NCBI GenBank assembly: GCA_963752255.1
Contig: CAVVXT010000012.1
Span: 1 to 64,000 of the forward strand
DNA length: 64,000 bases
Origin: Nitrososphaeria archaeon
GTDB lineage: Archaea; Thermoproteota; Nitrososphaeria; JACIWG01
Direction: 5' to 3'
A program made the translations under genes and the position numbers. Numbering within the stretch: the first letter of the stretch is position 1; each line of letters starts with the position of its first letter. This document shows, piece by piece, positions 60,893-64,000 of the stretch. The notes beneath the pieces are model-generated. The model was not told the DNA's origin. It made no database searches and saw only the letters and a program-made list of their open reading frames with translations.

Positions 60893-60910
60893 CCGTATAA
60901 GAACCTTTTG
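60893..60910 (-). promoter_or_regulatory. Putative BRE/TATA box of locus A
   Basis: cAAAAGGTTCTTATAcgg on the minus strand, about 30 nt upstream of the start codon. Confidence 0.4.
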
Positions 60911-60943
60911 TTTAAGAAAGAGCATCCAATTCAATTAATTCTG

Positions 60944-60990
60944 AAAAAGAAAAGGTTTAGAGTATTACACATAGCCTAATGTAACACTCT
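60944..60990 (-). terminator. Hairpin plus U-tract downstream of gene 61001-62047
   Basis: AGAGTGTTACA-N10-TGTAATACTCT (11-bp stem with one G:U pair), followed by CTTTTCTTTTTC on the minus strand. Confidence 0.55.
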
Positions 60991-61000
60991 TTATTGTATT

Positions 61001-62047
61001 TTAGTACTTGAGCGGCATCATCTTCGGACTAAGTTTCTTGAATGCAAACACTACCGCAACTGCGGCTGAGGACACCGCCAGAACCGCAATCAAAGGCCCT
61101 AGGGCAAGCCAGCCCTCCGGAAGCAGCTCTCCACCAATAGACCTCAACTTGTCGACGAATATACCCGAAAGAACCACATTCACCGTATTGGCAGGATGCC
61201 CAGCGTCATTGTAGACCTGCAGGATAATCGTCAGACCTCCAATCGGAGCTGTGACATTGAATGTCTCAAAGACCCCTTCGTCGAAGGTTGTTCCGCTGAT
61301 CTGCTTCGAGGCGAGAAGCTGAGTTCCGGTTGAATCGTAGATCAGATACTCTTCTGATTGCCTAGATGTGCGCTCGTAATCGTAGGCGTACAGTGACAGA
61401 AGGTATGTCCCTCCAGGAAAGAACAGTGTGAAGTTCATGTAGCCATGCGTTGGGAAAGAGCGTTCGCCACCATCATCCCATGCAGCCAACCTCCACATGT
61501 TCGCCAGTGGGTAGAAGACTGTTCTAGCGTCTGAACCTTGAGATGTTTGAGGACTATTCCAAGCCCATTCGAACGTTGGGTACTGTATCATTACTTTAAT
61601 AGGATCAAAGAAGGTGCCGTTGGTAAAATAGGTTACCTGAGGTGATTGGCTTTGGTATTCATCCCAGTATGATGGGTCTGGCTTCCAGTATGGTAGACCA
61701 GCGATCTGACTTGTTGTCCAATTGTAAGGCGGATTCGGCAAGTTGCTGTAACCTCCTATAGGAACTGAAAAGTTCCCTATAGGTACTTGAGTAAGGTTTA
61801 CGGGCGGGTTCGGCAATATATGTGCGTACGATCCGTACACCCCTATAGGGCTGCCTACGGCACTGGGGTACCAGTTTCCCTTCGTGATGGTATCCTCATG
61901 GACCCATGATACAGGATCATAGGCAGCATGCGCCACACCTAAGATAGAAACAGTGGATAAAGTAAAGAGCAGCAACGTTATCGCTAAACTTGTATACGTT
62001 TTTAAGTTGCTATTCAATTTTATCTGACCCTTAATATAAAATTTCAT
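61001..62047 (-). CDS. Secreted, C-terminally anchored surface protein
   Basis: Signal peptide ending AHA; domain WVHEDTITKGNW...VYGSY...RLAAWDDGGER...VVLSGIFVD; then IGGELLP, a TM helix and KK. Confidence 0.8.
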   Translation of the reverse strand: MKFYIKGQIKLNSNLKTYTSLAITLLLFTLSTVSILGVAHAAYDPVSWVHEDTITKGNWYPSAVGSPIGVYGSYAHILPNPPVNLTQVPIGNFSVPIGGYSNLPNPPYNWTTSQIAGLPYWKPDPSYWDEYQSQSPQVTYFTNGTFFDPIKVMIQYPTFEWAWNSPQTSQGSDARTVFYPLANMWRLAAWDDGGERSFPTHGYMNFTLFFPGGTYLLSLYAYDYERTSRQSEEYLIYDSTGTQLLASKQISGTTFDEGVFETFNVTAPIGGLTIILQVYNDAGHPANTVNVVLSGIFVDKLRSIGGELLPEGWLALGPLIAVLAVSSAAVAVVFAFKKLSPKMMPLKY

Positions 62048-62171
62048 ATATAAATATTATATGCGTGCCCAGTGAATTTGTCAATAAATGACACTTTTTT
62101 ATGGCATTTTTTCATCTAGTTGAGAATATGAATAATAACAGCCTATTAAGTAATATGCCTTTGATATTATT

Positions 62172-62190
62172 TAAAAAAAGAAAAAAGGGG
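62172..62190 (-). terminator. Oligo-U terminator after gene 62205-63117
   Basis: CCCCTTTTTTCTTTTTTT on the minus strand, about 15 nt after the stop. Confidence 0.55.
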
Positions 62191-62204
62191 GTGCCCTTAA
62201 GGAT

Positions 62205-63117
62205 TTACATCTTGTTGACGAATATTCCCGAAAGTACCACGTTGTTATTTGAAGGAGCTACAGTATTATGTCCAAGGTCATTGTAGACCTGCAGTATGAT
62301 CGAACCACTATAACCTGAGACAGTAACCTTGAATGTTTCGTAGACACCGTTAGCAAATGTGTTAGAACCTGTTACTGGTAGGTTGTTACTTATCTGCTGG
62401 CTTGCAAGAAGATGTGTTCCAGTCACATCGTATATGTTGAATGTTTCTGAAGTCCTGGATGCTTCTAAATCGTAGGCGTATATGGTAAGCGAGTATGTTC
62501 CCTTGGGGAAGGTCAGTGTGAAGTCAATGTAGCCGTGTATAGGCTGACCGCGTTCGCCGCCATCATCCCAGCACGCTAACCTCCATTCGTTTTGGGTTGG
62601 ATAGTACACCTCTCTATGATCTGTTTGAGTGGACGTAAAACCTGCCCAAGCCCAATCAAAAACCGGGTACTGGATGGTTGGACCAGAAGGAGGAACTTTC
62701 ATCAATGTTCCTTGCATGGAATAGGTCACAGCTGGAGATTTCGAATAATATTCGTTCCCAAAGTTTGAATAAGTTTTCCAATAAGCCAGACCAGCTATCT
62801 GAGTTGGCGTCCAGTCGTACGGTGGGTTAGCAAGAGCTGATGAGCCTCCGGAGCCGCAGGGTTTAGAGAAGCAGCTTACTGGTATTTCCAGTAGGGTCGG
62901 GCAGGGATCAGGCAATAAGTACGCGTATTTACCGTATCCAACACTCTGCCAGTTACCTCCCGTAGTAGTGTCTTCGCTGATCCAACTGACAGTTGGTTTA
63001 CTAGGGCAGAGTATAAGCGTTCGCCAATATCGCTGGAGATACCATGCTTAAAATGAATATCGCTGATAGTAGTGCAACTACTATTCTTGTCTTTTGGGCA
63101 CCGTTGATATTTTTCAT
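62205..63117 (-). CDS. Secreted paralog of 61001-62047 without the membrane anchor; +1 frameshift near 63005
   Basis: ATG 63117 MKNING...AILANAYTLP shifts into SKPTVSWISEDTTTGGNW..YGKYAYLLPDP and ends VVLSGIFVNKM*. Confidence 0.8.
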
Positions 63118-63694
63118 TTCCTTTAAAGAATTCACATGTATCGACTATGCTTGAAGTAGTACCAAATTTAACGGTTTCCTTGAATTCTAACGGTAACGGA
63201 TGATAGAAGCTGCGTGAATATAACAATTTATTTTTCATACAGACTCTATGTGAAGTTTCCACTTCAAGTGAAAAATCTGCCTGTCAAAAGGTGGCGTAAA
63301 CATTCCTTCTGTCGCGGATGCGTCAAAAAGACCCAAAATGGTTTAATTAGACAGGTAGCCTGAAACCAAAAAAGATTGAAGAATATTTATTATGTGCTCA
63401 TATTTAATGTAAAAATCCTGTTCAGTTCGTTTGATGGGATATCATCCTGCATGAGAGCGTAGGTGAAGTGAAAGAATACTGGGCATCGGCTCGAGCCGTT
63501 CAGTACGGGATCAATTGTTCTTGCTCACATATATTAATCGCAACTCTTTATCCCAAGCATTCTTTATGAATGTTTTCAATCTTTCCACTTGATAGCTGTT
63601 CAAGGAGTCCTTAAAGAGCACTGCGACAACTGGTTTTCTTTTTGGCGAAAGTTTCTTTGTTATAACATTCAGTTTGATGGCATCGCCAAACCAA

Positions 63695-64000
63695 CTAGGT
63701 TTGCGACGCCAATCTCTTGTCGGATGTTTTTGGTTTGTTTACAATCTGGGAAATATATATGCCTATGAACATTATTGCAATGCCAATTATGGACAGTGCA
63801 GATGGTGATCGTCAGTGTCTCCAAGAATTGCACAATTACAGTGAGAGCTGGAACTGCGAAAACCGAAGTCGTCACTATGTTTATTTTTTCTTCTCTTATC
63901 ATCAGGTTCCATAGGAGGAACTGTAAAGCTCCTCCTAGGATTGAAAGGTAAAGTAGGTCGATGACGAATTCGTTTGTAAAACTGAGCTTGAAATTAATTG
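63695..64000 (-). CDS. EamA/DMT-family transporter, C-terminal part (enters from outside the window); +1 frameshift near 63807
   Basis: DLLYLSILGGALQFLLWNLMIREEKINIVTTSVFAVPALTVIVQFLETLT|IPSALSIIGIAIMFIGIYISQ...SQT*. Confidence 0.75.

Noticed and set aside
63510-63697. Possible CTAG-linked frameshift extending the EamA gene
   Set aside because: The TAG at 63695 falls where an EamA protein would normally end, so it was not counted as an indel.
8762-63810. Slipped-strand phase variation as the cause of the frameshifts
   Set aside because: The indels I could place lie in runs of only 1-4 bases, with no long homopolymers or SSR tracts.
1982-63914. Dozens of 60-150 aa ORFs in the track, mostly on the plus strand
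   Set aside because: They are antisense or alternative-frame shadows of well-supported minus-strand genes and have no motifs.
1-64000. CRISPR array, complete tRNA/rRNA, integrase or transposase
   Set aside because: I found no regularly spaced repeats, cloverleaf, or recombinase/DDE motifs by eye.

Overview
This is archaeal DNA, most like TACK lineages (Bathyarchaeia/Methanomethylicia-type); the taxonomy is inferred only from gene content, TATA-like boxes about 30 nt upstream of start codons and tightly overlapping genes. Almost all of it is minus-strand surface-glycan biosynthesis. There are two large loci in tandem. Locus A runs about 60.9 to 39.9 kb and locus B about 39.1 to 8.8 kb, followed by a scrambled tail down to about 1.9 kb. 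Each opens with a paralog of the same uncharacterised ~140-aa basic protein. Each has its own Dol-P-sugar-synthase-like GT2, a large polytopic membrane protein, a Wzx flippase, many GT4/GT2 enzymes and modifying enzymes (methyltransferases in both; acyltransferases, radical SAM enzymes, two thymidylate-kinase-like proteins and a nucleotidyltransferase in B and its tail). A 180-bp copy of the 3' end of locus A's flippase marks the far end of locus B. The 'intergenic' gaps hold many gene remnants, several with only the head and tail of a glycosyltransferase fused together. About a dozen genes carry single-base indels, and 7 of 12 lie next to CTAG, which suggests modification-linked sequencing errors and therefore possible host CTAG methylation. 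The window edges hold a Tat-exported beta-helix protein (left, absent from the ORF track), two paralogous secreted proteins and a partial EamA transporter (right). I saw no complete tRNA, rRNA, CRISPR array, integrase or transposase. All family calls are from motif recognition, not database searches.
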